Shown one piece after another: positions 48,615 through 57,766 of a DNA stretch of 58,874 nucleotides. Both the position numbers and the translations under genes were made by a program. This DNA comes from Stellaceae bacterium (GTDB lineage Bacteria > Pseudomonadota > Alphaproteobacteria > ATCC43930 > CGMCC-115725). The DNA is taken from the NCBI GenBank assembly GCA_050729555.1, contig JBOHLR010000001.1, positions 1 to 58,874 of the forward strand, written 5' to 3'. The notes under the pieces are model-generated. The model had not been told where the DNA came from and did not search any database. It saw only the letters and a program-made list of their open reading frames with translations. Position 1 is the first letter of the stretch, and the number at the start of each line of letters is the position of its first letter.

Positions 48615-51191
48615 ATGATGGGCCGTGTCATCGCGCGGGTGGTCGAATGGTCGCGCGCGCATGCACTTATTGTCGTTGCTGCGGCGTTGGCGCTGGCGAT
48701 CGCGTCGGGATTTTACTCGGCAAGCCGGATTACGGTCGATACCGATCTCGACAAGCTGATTTCGGCGAACCTGCCATGGCGCAAGCTGGCGCAAGAAATG
48801 GACAAGGCGTTTCCGCAGAAAGTCGATCTATTGGTGATCGTGATCGACGGCAGGACGCCCGATGAAACGGAAGATGCCGCGATTGCGCTGGCCGACAAGC
48901 TGCGCAGCGAACCGGCGATCTTTCGCGACGTCCGCCTGCCTGACCTCAACAAATTTTTCCGCCGCAACGGGCTGCTCTTCCTGCCGAAAACGCAGGTGCA
49001 GGACTACGCCAATCAAATGATTGCGGCACAGCCGTTCCTCGGATCGTTGGCGGCCGATCCGAGCCTGCGCGGCGTATTCGGCATCATCGATTTAATGGTT
49101 CAAGCGGTGCAGCAGGGCGCCGTCCAACCGCGCGACATCTCGGCGGCGTTGCGCGGCGTCGAACACGCGGCGGAGAGCACCCTTGCGGGCACCTATGCGC
49201 CCCTGTCGTGGCAGACCATGCTGAGCAACACGGCGCCGGCGCCCGACGATTTGCGCCGCATCGTGCTGACGCAACCGGCGCTCAATTATAAGTCGCTGAC
49301 GCCCGGCGCGGATGCGATCGCCGCCGTACGCAGCGCCGCCGTCGAGCTCGGCCTGACGCCCGATCGCGGCGTGCGGGTCCGGATCACGGGCTCGGTTGCG
49401 CTCGACGACGATCAGCTGGCAACGCTCGCCAAAGGCGCCGGGTTTTCGACGGCATTGTCCCTCGGACTGCTTTGCTTGTGGCTGCTGCTTGCCCTCCGTT
49501 CGCTCCGCATCTTCGTCGCCATCGTGATCACGCTAATCATCGGACTTGCGGCGACCACGGCTTTCGCCGTGCTCGCGATCGGCCCCTTCAATCCGATTTC
49601 AGTCGCATTCGCCGTATTGTTCGTCGGCATATCCGTTGATCTTGGCATCCAATTTAGCGTGCGTTATCGCGACGAACGTTATCGTGTCGGCGACCTGACC
49701 GAAGCGTTGACGCGCGCGGCCCGCGGCATCGGTCGCGCGATGGCCGTTGCGGCTTTGTCCGCGGGTGTGGGCTTTTTCGCCTTCGTCCCGACGGATTACA
49801 GCGGCGTGTCCGAACTTGGATGGATCGCCGGCGTCGGCATGCTGATTGCTCTTGTGCTCAATCTCACACTGCTGCCGGCTCTGATTGCTCTCATGCGGCC
49901 GCGCGGCGAACCGCGCCCCGTCGGCTTCGCCTGGGCGCGCGCGGCGGATCGTCTACTCGTACGGCGCCGCGGCGTGGTGCTGATCGGCGCGGTGATCGTG
50001 GCCGTGCTGTGCCTTGCCGCCCTGCCTTACATCCATTTCGATTTCAATCCGCTCGACCTGCAGAATCAACAATCCGAGTCGGTTGCGACGCTCAATGACC
50101 TGATGTCGGATCCGATGAACACACCTTATACGATCGATATCCTGACGCCCTCGCCGGCCGCGGCTGCAGCGCTGGCGAAACGGCTGGATGCTCTTCCGGA
50201 GGTTGACCAGACGGTCACGATTTCGAGCTTCGTGCCCGACGACCAGGACGCCAAGCTGGCGATCATCGCCGACGCCAGGACGCTCCTGGCGCCAACCCTG
50301 TCCCCGCCGACGGTCAAGCCGCCGCCGACCGATCTCGAAATCCTCGATGCGATGCGCACGACTGATGGCGAATTGAAGGGAATCGCCAGTCGTTATGCGG
50401 GTGCTGAGCGCGTCGCGTATGTCCTGGACAGGTTGCTGGCGAAGAAACCCAATCCGCTGCCGCTACTTAAGGCGAATCTGTCCGACGAAATTCTCAATCG
50501 TCTGCAGGACGTTCGCCTGGCGCTCGACGCGCAAAAGATCACACTCGATAATATTCCGCCGGCAGTGAAGCGCGATTGGGTGACCGCCGACGGGCGTGCG
50601 CTGGTTGAGGCTTATCCCAAAGGCGATCCGCGCGACAACACCGTGCTACGCCGCTTCGTCAAAGCCGTCCGCGCCATCGCGCCCGATGCGACGGGGTCAC
50701 CCGTGACGATACAAGAATCAGCGCGCACGGTGACCCGCGCCTTCGTGACCGCCGGTATCATCGCTGTCGCGGCGATCGCACTGCTTTTATTGATCGTGTT
50801 GCAACGTGCGCGCGACGTCATGGTTGTGCTGGTGCCGCTGCTGCTGGCGGGTCTGTTGACGTTGGCAACCACCGCCGTATTCGACCTACCGCTCAATTAC
50901 GCGAATATCATCGCACTGCCGCTGTTGCTCGGCATCGGCGTGTCCTTCGACATCTATTTCGTGATGCGTTGGCGCGCTGGCAACGCAGATTTGCTGCGAT
51001 CGAGCACGGCGCGCGCCATCCTGTTCAGCGCGCTGACCACCGGCACCGCGTTCGGTAGCCTGGCGTTGTCGAACCATCCCGGCACCGCGTCGATGGGCGT
51101 GCTGCTGACGATATCGCTCGGCTATACGCTGTTGTGCACGTTCATCGTGCTGCCGGCGCTGCTCGGCCCGCCGCCGGCCAAGTCCGACTAA
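48615..51191 (+). CDS. hpnN: Hopanoid-associated RND/MMPL transporter HpnN
   Basis: 858 aa with the 2x(TM, periplasmic loop, 5 TM) RND architecture. The N-terminus VVEWSRAHALIVVAAALALAIASGFYSASRITVDTDLDKLISANLPWRK is HpnN-like. It is adjacent to hpnJ/hpnI. Confidence 0.85.
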   Translation: MMGRVIARVVEWSRAHALIVVAAALALAIASGFYSASRITVDTDLDKLISANLPWRKLAQEMDKAFPQKVDLLVIVIDGRTPDETEDAAIALADKLRSEPAIFRDVRLPDLNKFFRRNGLLFLPKTQVQDYANQMIAAQPFLGSLAADPSLRGVFGIIDLMVQAVQQGAVQPRDISAALRGVEHAAESTLAGTYAPLSWQTMLSNTAPAPDDLRRIVLTQPALNYKSLTPGADAIAAVRSAAVELGLTPDRGVRVRITGSVALDDDQLATLAKGAGFSTALSLGLLCLWLLLALRSLRIFVAIVITLIIGLAATTAFAVLAIGPFNPISVAFAVLFVGISVDLGIQFSVRYRDERYRVGDLTEALTRAARGIGRAMAVAALSAGVGFFAFVPTDYSGVSELGWIAGVGMLIALVLNLTLLPALIALMRPRGEPRPVGFAWARAADRLLVRRRGVVLIGAVIVAVLCLAALPYIHFDFNPLDLQNQQSESVATLNDLMSDPMNTPYTIDILTPSPAAAAALAKRLDALPEVDQTVTISSFVPDDQDAKLAIIADARTLLAPTLSPPTVKPPPTDLEILDAMRTTDGELKGIASRYAGAERVAYVLDRLLAKKPNPLPLLKANLSDEILNRLQDVRLALDAQKITLDNIPPAVKRDWVTADGRALVEAYPKGDPRDNTVLRRFVKAVRAIAPDATGSPVTIQESARTVTRAFVTAGIIAVAAIALLLLIVLQRARDVMVVLVPLLLAGLLTLATTAVFDLPLNYANIIALPLLLGIGVSFDIYFVMRWRAGNADLLRSSTARAILFSALTTGTAFGSLALSNHPGTASMGVLLTISLGYTLLCTFIVLPALLGPPPAKSD

Positions 51192-51201
51192 ACGATCGCC
51201 G

Positions 51202-52629
51202 TCAGTGCGCCAGCTCGCGCTCGCGCAGGAAGTGGAAGAACTCCACGCCTTCGCGCAGCCGGCGCACCATCATCTCCGGGCTCCGCACCATTTCGCCGAC
51301 GATCGACGCGATCTTGCCGGCGCGGAAATAGAACTTTTTGTAGAAGGTCTCCACCGAGTCGAAGATTTCCTGGTGCGACAGATGCGGGTATTGGAGCGGC
51401 GCGATCTGGATGCCGTGATCGTCGATGAGATCGGCATGGGCGGCGTCGAGCCAACCGTTCTCGACCGCCTGCTTGTGCAGGAAGGTGCCCGGATAGGGTG
51501 CCGCGAGCGAGACCTGAATGGTGTGCGGGTTGATCTCGGTCGCAAACTTGATGGTCTCTTCGATCGTTTCCCGCGTCTCGCCAGGTAGTCCGAGAATGAA
51601 CGTGCCGTGGATGGTGACGCCGACGTCGTGGCAATCCTTGGTGAAGCGCTTCGCCACGTCGATCAGCATGCCCTTCTTGATGTTGTGCAGGATCTTCTGA
51701 TTGCCCGACTCATAGCCGACCAGCAGCAACCGCAACCCGTGGTCCTTGAGCACCTTGAGCGTTTCGCGCGGTACGTTCGCCTTGGCGTTGCATGACCACA
51801 CCACGCCGAGCTTACCGAGCTCCTTGGCGATCGCCTCGGCGCGCGGCAGGTTGTCGGTGAACGTATCGTCGTCGAAGAAGAACTCGCGCACCTGCGGGAA
51901 ATAATGCTTGGCGAGGCGAATCTCCTCGACCACGTGATCGACGCTGCGCACTCGATACCGGTGTCCGCCCACGGTCTGCGGCCACAGGCAGAACGTGCAT
52001 CGCGATTTGCAGCCGCGTCCGGTGTAGAGCGAGACGTAAGGATGCTTGAGGTAGCCGATGAAATAATCCTCGATCCGCAGGTCGCGCTTGTAGACCTCGG
52101 TGACGAAGGGCAACGCATCCATATTCTCGAGCGTCGCGCGCTCCGGATTGTGGACGATAACACCGGCGTCGTTGCGGTAGCTCAGACCGTCGATGCGGTC
52201 CCAGGTGCGCTCTTCGGCGACTTCCTTGATCGTGAAATCGAATTCGTTGCGACCGACGAAGTCGACAGCCGTCGACGCCTTGAGGCTTTCCTCCGGCTCG
52301 ACCGCGACCTTGGCGCCGACAAAGCCGACTTTAAGCCGTGGATTCTGATCCTTCATCGCCTGCGCGACCTTGACGTCGTTCGCGAAGGACGGCGTCGAGG
52401 TATGCACGACGACGAGATCGTAGGTCTTGGCGAGCGGCAGAACCTGGTCGAGCGTGATGCCAGCCGGCGGCGCGTCAATCAACCGGCTGTCCGGGACAAG
52501 CGCGGCCGGCTGGGCGAGCCAAGTCGGATACCAGAACGAGCGGATTTCGCGTCGCGCCTGATAGCGCGAGCCGGCACCGCCATCGAAACCCTCGAACGAA
52601 GGCGGTTGCAGGAACAACGTTTTCATCAT
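51202..52629 (-). CDS. hpnJ: Hopanoid biosynthesis B12-binding radical SAM protein HpnJ
   Basis: The N-terminus MKTLFLQPPSFEGFDGGAGSRYQARREIRSFWYPTWLAQPAAL is highly characteristic of HpnJ. The radical SAM cluster motif is GRGCKSRCTFC. There is an ATGATGA overlap with the hpnI stop. Confidence 0.9.
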   Translation of the reverse strand: MMKTLFLQPPSFEGFDGGAGSRYQARREIRSFWYPTWLAQPAALVPDSRLIDAPPAGITLDQVLPLAKTYDLVVVHTSTPSFANDVKVAQAMKDQNPRLKVGFVGAKVAVEPEESLKASTAVDFVGRNEFDFTIKEVAEERTWDRIDGLSYRNDAGVIVHNPERATLENMDALPFVTEVYKRDLRIEDYFIGYLKHPYVSLYTGRGCKSRCTFCLWPQTVGGHRYRVRSVDHVVEEIRLAKHYFPQVREFFFDDDTFTDNLPRAEAIAKELGKLGVVWSCNAKANVPRETLKVLKDHGLRLLLVGYESGNQKILHNIKKGMLIDVAKRFTKDCHDVGVTIHGTFILGLPGETRETIEETIKFATEINPHTIQVSLAAPYPGTFLHKQAVENGWLDAAHADLIDDHGIQIAPLQYPHLSHQEIFDSVETFYKKFYFRAGKIASIVGEMVRSPEMMVRRLREGVEFFHFLRERELAH

Positions 52630-53780
52630 ACCGAACTGTCTCCGTCGAGGGTGAGGCGACCGCCCCTGGCGAGCCGGTAGCGCCGGTCGCGCCAAGCCAC
52701 GCTCTGCGCGAAGAAGCTAGCGATAAACACGGCAAACGACAACCCATCGCGCAGTAAAATGAGGTAAATCGGTGTTCGGCGAAGGCCCAGAACCCGATCA
52801 TTGAGCCAAACGGTACTCAACCGCGCCAAAATCGCCGCGATTAAGCCATAAAGCGACCACGCAACCGGGTGGATCAGGACCGCGAGCACCGCCAGCATCA
52901 CGGGGTGGATGATGATCGATCCGGCGTAGCCGGCCGGCGCCACCATGCGCACGGTTCGTGCCCAACGTAGCTCATGACCGAACAACGCGCCCAATCCGGG
53001 CTCGAAGACGATGTTGTCGACGATCACCGGCGCCAGCACGACTTCGCGGCCGATATGCCGCACCGCTGCGCCGAGCGCGTGATCGTCCGCCAACTGATCC
53101 GCAATCGCGGCGAAGCCGCCGATGGCGTCGAGGTTCGTTCGCGACATCGCCAGCGTGGCGCCAAAGGCTCCGTCGCCCGCGTCCAGCATTTCGCCGACGG
53201 CGGCTTCCGGAAAAAATCCGTGATTGATGTGCAGGCAAGCGACACGCGACCAGAAATCGTTTCCGGCCGGCACGCCCCGATAGAGGCAGGTCACCAGGCC
53301 GACGTCCGGCGCCGAAAGCAGCGGCGCGATCGTCGCGAGATAATCGGGCATCACGCGCATGTCGCTGTCGGAGATCGCCAGCTGTCCGTGCCGCGCGGCC
53401 GGCAGCATGTTCATCAGGTTGGCGATCTTACGATTCGGTGCACGGGCATCGCCGCCGGTCACCAGGACAAGATCAAGCGCCGGAAACTCCGCAATCAGCC
53501 GGCGAACCACCGGTACCGCAGGATCGTCCGCCTCGGCAACGCCGAAAACGACCTGGAACGGCGCATACGTCTGTTGGCAAAACGACCGGAGGTTCTCGTA
53601 CAGCCCGACATCGGCACCGCGCAGAGGCTTCAGGACCGTAATCGGAGTCGCCGCGCCGCTATGGCGCGGTCGGGCCAGCAGGATTCGGACCGCGTATGCG
53701 GAAACCGCGAGGTATAGCAAGCCGGCAACACTCGCTACCAGGCACGCCCACCCCGGAAAAACCAGCCATTCCAAGTGCAT
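52626..53780 (-). CDS. hpnI: Hopanoid biosynthesis glycosyltransferase HpnI (GT2/GT21-like)
   Basis: Contains VTVLKPLRGADVGLYENLRSFCQQTY.PFQVVFGV, NRKIANL and DSDMRV. It lies directly upstream of hpnJ. Confidence 0.85.
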   Translation of the reverse strand: MHLEWLVFPGWACLVASVAGLLYLAVSAYAVRILLARPRHSGAATPITVLKPLRGADVGLYENLRSFCQQTYAPFQVVFGVAEADDPAVPVVRRLIAEFPALDLVLVTGGDARAPNRKIANLMNMLPAARHGQLAISDSDMRVMPDYLATIAPLLSAPDVGLVTCLYRGVPAGNDFWSRVACLHINHGFFPEAAVGEMLDAGDGAFGATLAMSRTNLDAIGGFAAIADQLADDHALGAAVRHIGREVVLAPVIVDNIVFEPGLGALFGHELRWARTVRMVAPAGYAGSIIIHPVMLAVLAVLIHPVAWSLYGLIAAILARLSTVWLNDRVLGLRRTPIYLILLRDGLSFAVFIASFFAQSVAWRDRRYRLARGGRLTLDGDSSV

Positions 53781-53965
53781 CCACCCACCACTGCATGCGA
53801 TCCGGAAGCGTCAAGGTTTTAGCCATCGACACAAGTAAAAAATGCTGTTGCATTCGTTCGAATCGCTGTCAACCATGCGGCCATAGACGCCGGTGCGGCA
53901 TCCGATTCGCTAACGCCACCACACGAAGGACGAAGCCGGTCTCCATCTTGCCCAACTCAATCCGA

Positions 53966-54775
53966 ATGATCCGGACGCTGCTCCTCGCGGGTCTGCTCCT
54001 CCCCCTGGTCGCCTGCGCCACGCCACCCACCGATCCGGCCGCGCGCGCCGAGTTCGAAGCGACGAACGATCCCTTCGAGCCGACCAATCGGGTCATTTTC
54101 AAAGCCAACGACTACTTCTACACCTACGTCGTCCGCCCGATCGCGAAGGCCTATGTCTGGGTCGTACCCCAGTTCGGACGCGACCGGATTCATGATTTCC
54201 TGCAGAATCTGGACGAACCGGTGATCTGGGCGAACGACATGGTCCAGGGCGAATGGCACGCGGCCGACGTCACCACCGGCCGGTTCCTGGCGAACAGTAC
54301 CTTCGGCATCGGCGGCCTCTGGGATATCGCCAGTGATTCGGGGCTGAAGAAGCAATCGGGTGATTTCGGGCAGACGCTGTACCATTACGGCGTACCGGAC
54401 GGCCCTTATCTCGTGTTGCCGCTCTTCGGACCGTCGAACCCGCGCGATGCCGTCGGCATGGGCGCCGACAGCCTCGCCGATCCGTTCGACTGGCTGGCAA
54501 GCTATTACGGCCACGGCGGCGCGACCTGGTATCGCTTCGGTGCCGAGGGTCTCGACGAATACACCGACCATATGGATGAGCTCGACGAGCTCAAGAAGAA
54601 CTCGATCGACTATTACGCCGCAATTCGCAGCTTGTGGCGTCAGCATCGCGCCAGCGAGCTCCGCCACGGCGCGCCAGCGGCGTCGCCAGTGGGGCTTGAA
54701 GGTCTTTACGATGGCTCGACACCGGCGCAGCCGCAAAGCGCGTCGCAAACCGCAAGCGACGACGGTCACCAGTAA
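53966..54775 (+). CDS. mlaA: MlaA/VacJ-family outer membrane lipoprotein
   Basis: Lipobox is LLLPLVAC. Contains DPFEPTNRVIFKANDYF, FL.NL.EP, NSTFGIGGLWD and LPLFGPSNPRD. Start reset from 53696 to 53966. Confidence 0.88.
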   Translation: MIRTLLLAGLLLPLVACATPPTDPAARAEFEATNDPFEPTNRVIFKANDYFYTYVVRPIAKAYVWVVPQFGRDRIHDFLQNLDEPVIWANDMVQGEWHAADVTTGRFLANSTFGIGGLWDIASDSGLKKQSGDFGQTLYHYGVPDGPYLVLPLFGPSNPRDAVGMGADSLADPFDWLASYYGHGGATWYRFGAEGLDEYTDHMDELDELKKNSIDYYAAIRSLWRQHRASELRHGAPAASPVGLEGLYDGSTPAQPQSASQTASDDGHQ

Positions 54776-54776
54776 C

Positions 54777-54810
54777 GTGGCTCAGCTCGCGAGCTGAGCC
54801 ACCTTTTCGT
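54777..54810 (+). terminator. Perfect 26-nt palindrome plus short T-tract at the mlaA / hpnM convergence point
   Basis: GTGGCTCAGCTCG|CGAGCTGAGCCAC (54777-54802) is followed by CTTTTCGT. It starts 2 nt after the mlaA stop and overlaps the last 7 codons (incl. stop) of hpnM on the other strand. Confidence 0.5.
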
Positions 54811-55408
54811 GCAAGCTCTGGATAAGGGCGGCGGCACCGCCTCTGCGGAGAACCGCGGTGAACTCGGACCGCTGCGCGGCGAGTTGGCTGATCGTGCCGC
54901 TGAGATAGACATCGACGATCTTCCACGTGCCGCTGGTCTGGCGCATCAGGTAGTCGAGCTCAATTGGGTCGCCGCTGCCGGGCACGAGCTTGGTATGCAC
55001 GATGACGTCGCCGCCGGTCGACGGGGCGGCCTGCGGGCTGACGTCGAATTTTTCGCCCGAATAGTCGTCGAACCGGTTGGCATAAGTGGCGATGCTATAG
55101 TCGCTGAATGCGCTGACGAGCTTTTGTCGGTCGTCGGCGGACGTCTTGGCCCATTGCGGCCCTACGGTGATCCGGGTCATCAGCGGCAAGTCGAAGGCAC
55201 GGGTCACGGCCGGCGCCAGCAGATCGCGGCGACCGGCAAACCCGAGTTGCTTCCCGCCCTTCATGGCTTGCAGCAACGTATCGTAGAACGCGCTCACGAT
55301 TGCGACAGCGCCATTGTCGGCAGCGCGCGCGGTGAACGGCGGAACGAGAACAGCGGCGGCGGTCGCGGCGATCAGGAATCGGCGGGAGATCACGGATATC
55401 AACCTCAA
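54782..55408 (-). CDS. hpnM: MlaC/Ttg2D-family periplasmic lipid-binding protein (HpnM-like)
   Basis: A signal peptide (..AATAAAVLVPPFTARA) is followed by FYDTLLQAMKGG, PLMTRITVGPQW, WKIVDVYLSGTIS and LAAQRSEF, which is the Ttg2D/MlaC pattern. Start is TTG 55408 or GTG 55393 (the latter has GAGG 9 nt upstream). Confidence 0.75.
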   Translation of the reverse strand: MRLISVISRRFLIAATAAAVLVPPFTARAADNGAVAIVSAFYDTLLQAMKGGKQLGFAGRRDLLAPAVTRAFDLPLMTRITVGPQWAKTSADDRQKLVSAFSDYSIATYANRFDDYSGEKFDVSPQAAPSTGGDVIVHTKLVPGSGDPIELDYLMRQTSGTWKIVDVYLSGTISQLAAQRSEFTAVLRRGGAAALIQSLHEKVAQLAS

Positions 55409-55457
55409 TTTTTTGGGCGCGGCTTATTAGGGTACGTTTAAGGCCGTTTTAAGGCGC

Positions 55458-56372
55458 CTAGTTCCGCCGGTCGACGACGAAATGCGCAGCATCACGTAGC
55501 AAGTTGGCCCTTTCTTTGAACAAATCAAGGTGGGCGACGGCCTGCCGCACCAACAACCCGGCCTGCGCCCGCGCACGTTCAACGCCGAGAATCGATACGA
55601 ACGTCGCCTTGCCGACAGCGGCGTCGCGCCCCACCGGCTTGCCAGTTTCGCCCGACGATCCCTGTACGTCCAGTAAATCGTCCGCGATTTGAAACGCCAA
55701 CCCCAGATCGTGCGCATACCCGCGCAAGGCCATCCGCATTTCCGCAGACGCCTTGCCGAGCACGGCGCCAGCTTCGCAGGAGAACGCGATCAGCGCACCG
55801 GTCTTCAATCGCTGCAGGCGGGTGATCGCGCCGATATCGAGCTCGGGATGTTCTTCCGCGATCAGGTCGAACATTTGACCGCCGACCATACCGGCGGCGC
55901 CCGCCGCCTGAGCCAGTGACGCCACCAACTCACAGCGAACTGCCGGATCGCCGTGGGTGTCAGGATGCGCCAACACCTCGAACGCCAGGGTCAGCAGCCC
56001 GTCGCCGGCCAGGATCGCGGTTGCCTCGTCGAACGCCTTGTGCACTGTCGGTCGGCCGCGACGGAGGTCGCTATCATCCATAGCCGGTAGATCGTCATGC
56101 ACCAGGGAATAGGCATGCACCAGTTCGACTGCGACCCCAGCCTGCAACGCGCTGCGCCGGCCGACGGAAAACAGCTGCGCACTGGCGAGCACCAGAAATG
56201 GCCGCAGGCGTTTGCCCGGCGCCAGCGCCGCATAACGCATCGCTTCGACGACGCGAGCCTCGAAGCCGCTGGGAACCGCGAGCAATCGGTCGATCACGGT
56301 GTCGCTTAATTTGGCGGCCTCGCTCAGCGAGTCATTGAAGCTCGCGCCATCCGCCCAGGTCGTTTCACTCAA
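55458..56372 (-). CDS. ispA: Farnesyl-diphosphate synthase (polyprenyl synthetase)
   Basis: The first DDxxD motif is LVHDDLPAMDDSDLRRG. The second is FQIADDLLD. It lies directly downstream of xseB, as in the classic xseB-ispA arrangement. Confidence 0.9.
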   Translation of the reverse strand: MSETTWADGASFNDSLSEAAKLSDTVIDRLLAVPSGFEARVVEAMRYAALAPGKRLRPFLVLASAQLFSVGRRSALQAGVAVELVHAYSLVHDDLPAMDDSDLRRGRPTVHKAFDEATAILAGDGLLTLAFEVLAHPDTHGDPAVRCELVASLAQAAGAAGMVGGQMFDLIAEEHPELDIGAITRLQRLKTGALIAFSCEAGAVLGKASAEMRMALRGYAHDLGLAFQIADDLLDVQGSSGETGKPVGRDAAVGKATFVSILGVERARAQAGLLVRQAVAHLDLFKERANLLRDAAHFVVDRRN

Positions 56373-56616
56373 GGGCCATCGGCTCCGTTGCCGGCTTGCC
56401 GTCGGTGCCGAGCACGATCTTGTCGACCCGCGCTTGCGCTTCGCGCAACTTGCTTTCGCAATGTTGTTTCAGCAACGCGCCGCGCTCGTAAGCAGCGAGT
56501 GCGTCGTCGAGCTTGACGCTGCTTGCCTCGAGGCGCCGGACGATGTCCTCGAGCTCCTTGAGCGCGTCCTCAAAGCTGAGTTTGGCAATTTCGGACGGCG
56601 TCGACCGTTGCGCCAT
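56365..56616 (-). CDS. xseB: Exodeoxyribonuclease VII small subunit
   Basis: The sequence SFEDALKELEDIVRRLE...LDDALAAYERGALLKQHCESKL is canonical XseB. Confidence 0.93.
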   Translation of the reverse strand: MAQRSTPSEIAKLSFEDALKELEDIVRRLEASSVKLDDALAAYERGALLKQHCESKLREAQARVDKIVLGTDGKPATEPMALE

Positions 56617-56678
56617 CGCCTTTAAGTCCCCTTCCCCACAAACGCCACCTTAGGTTCGACGGAAGCGCGGAGCAACTC

Positions 56679-57605
56679 TCACGCCGCGACCAGGGCCGCG
56701 ACGTGCGCCGCCGCCGATGCCGACAAAGCTTCGAGGTCGTAGCCGCCCTCGAGCGTCGAAACCAGGCGCCCTTTCGCATGCTTTCCGGCCATTCCAAGCA
56801 GCCGTTCGGTGACCCATGCGTAATCCGCCTCTTCGAGTTGGAGCTGCGCCAGCGGATCGGCGCGATGGGCGTCGAATCCGGCCGAGACCAGGACCAGTTC
56901 GGGCTGGAAGGCGTCGAGCGCCGGCAGGATGATGTCGCTCATCGCAGCGCGGAACTCGTTTGAGCCCGACATTGGCCGCAGCGGCACGTTGAAGATATTC
57001 CCGACGCCGCGCTCGCCGCGAGCACCCGTACCTGGATAAAGCGGCGACTGATGGGTCGAGGCGAAGAACACGCCGGCGTCGCTCTCGAAGACGGCCTGCG
57101 TGCCGTTGCCGTGGTGAACGTCGAAGTCGACGATCGCAACGCGCGCGAGCTTATGCACCTTGCGCGCGCGTTCGGCACCGACCGCGACGTTGTTGAAGAG
57201 ACAGAAGCCCATCGGATGTTGCGGCTCGGCATGATGGCCCGGCGGCCGCACGGCGCAGAAGGCGTTGCTCGCGGAGCCCTCGATCACGGCATCGACGGCC
57301 GCGACGATCGCACTCGCGGCGCGCAACGCGGCCTCGCCGGATCCGGGCGACAACACGGTGTCAGCATCGATGGCGGCGTGGCCGCTCTTGGGCACGGCCG
57401 CGAGAATGGTGTCGATCAAAGCGCGCGGATGCGCGCGCGCGATGTCGGCGAGATCCGCCTTGGGCGCCTGACGGTGCTGAAGCTTGGCGAACGGCGCGCC
57501 CGAAAGCCCGTCGAGAACGGCCTTCAACCGCGCCGGCGATTCCGGGTGGTAGGCGCCAGGATCATGACGCAGGCAGGCTTCGTGCGTAACCAGAAGGGTC
57601 GACAT
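56679..57605 (-). CDS. Histone deacetylase-family (arginase-fold) deacetylase
   Basis: Contains RPPGHHA, DFDVHHGNGTQ and EGGY. Start reset to MSTLLVTHEACLRHD at 57605. Confidence 0.88.
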   Translation of the reverse strand: MSTLLVTHEACLRHDPGAYHPESPARLKAVLDGLSGAPFAKLQHRQAPKADLADIARAHPRALIDTILAAVPKSGHAAIDADTVLSPGSGEAALRAASAIVAAVDAVIEGSASNAFCAVRPPGHHAEPQHPMGFCLFNNVAVGAERARKVHKLARVAIVDFDVHHGNGTQAVFESDAGVFFASTHQSPLYPGTGARGERGVGNIFNVPLRPMSGSNEFRAAMSDIILPALDAFQPELVLVSAGFDAHRADPLAQLQLEEADYAWVTERLLGMAGKHAKGRLVSTLEGGYDLEALSASAAAHVAALVAA

Positions 57606-57766
57606 CGTGCGTCGCGTTCCTATCGCTGTCTTTGGCTGTGGCGCGGTGCGGAGTGTCGCACAGCCCGCCACCATCCGACAACCAATCGGGCCTTTTCGCC
57701 GCACGGTGTGCAGTATAGGCTCGCGCCTTCGGCGACGGGAAACGGTTCGCGCGGTTGTTTCGAACG

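Noticed and set aside
56679-57605. Idea that the HDAC-family deacetylase could substitute for the missing HpnK
   Set aside because: HpnK is YdjC-fold, whereas this protein is arginase/HDAC-fold. It is separated from hpnI/J by four genes in a different transcription unit (HDAC-xseB-ispA-hpnM). The sequence gives no evidence for the link, so I am not claiming it.
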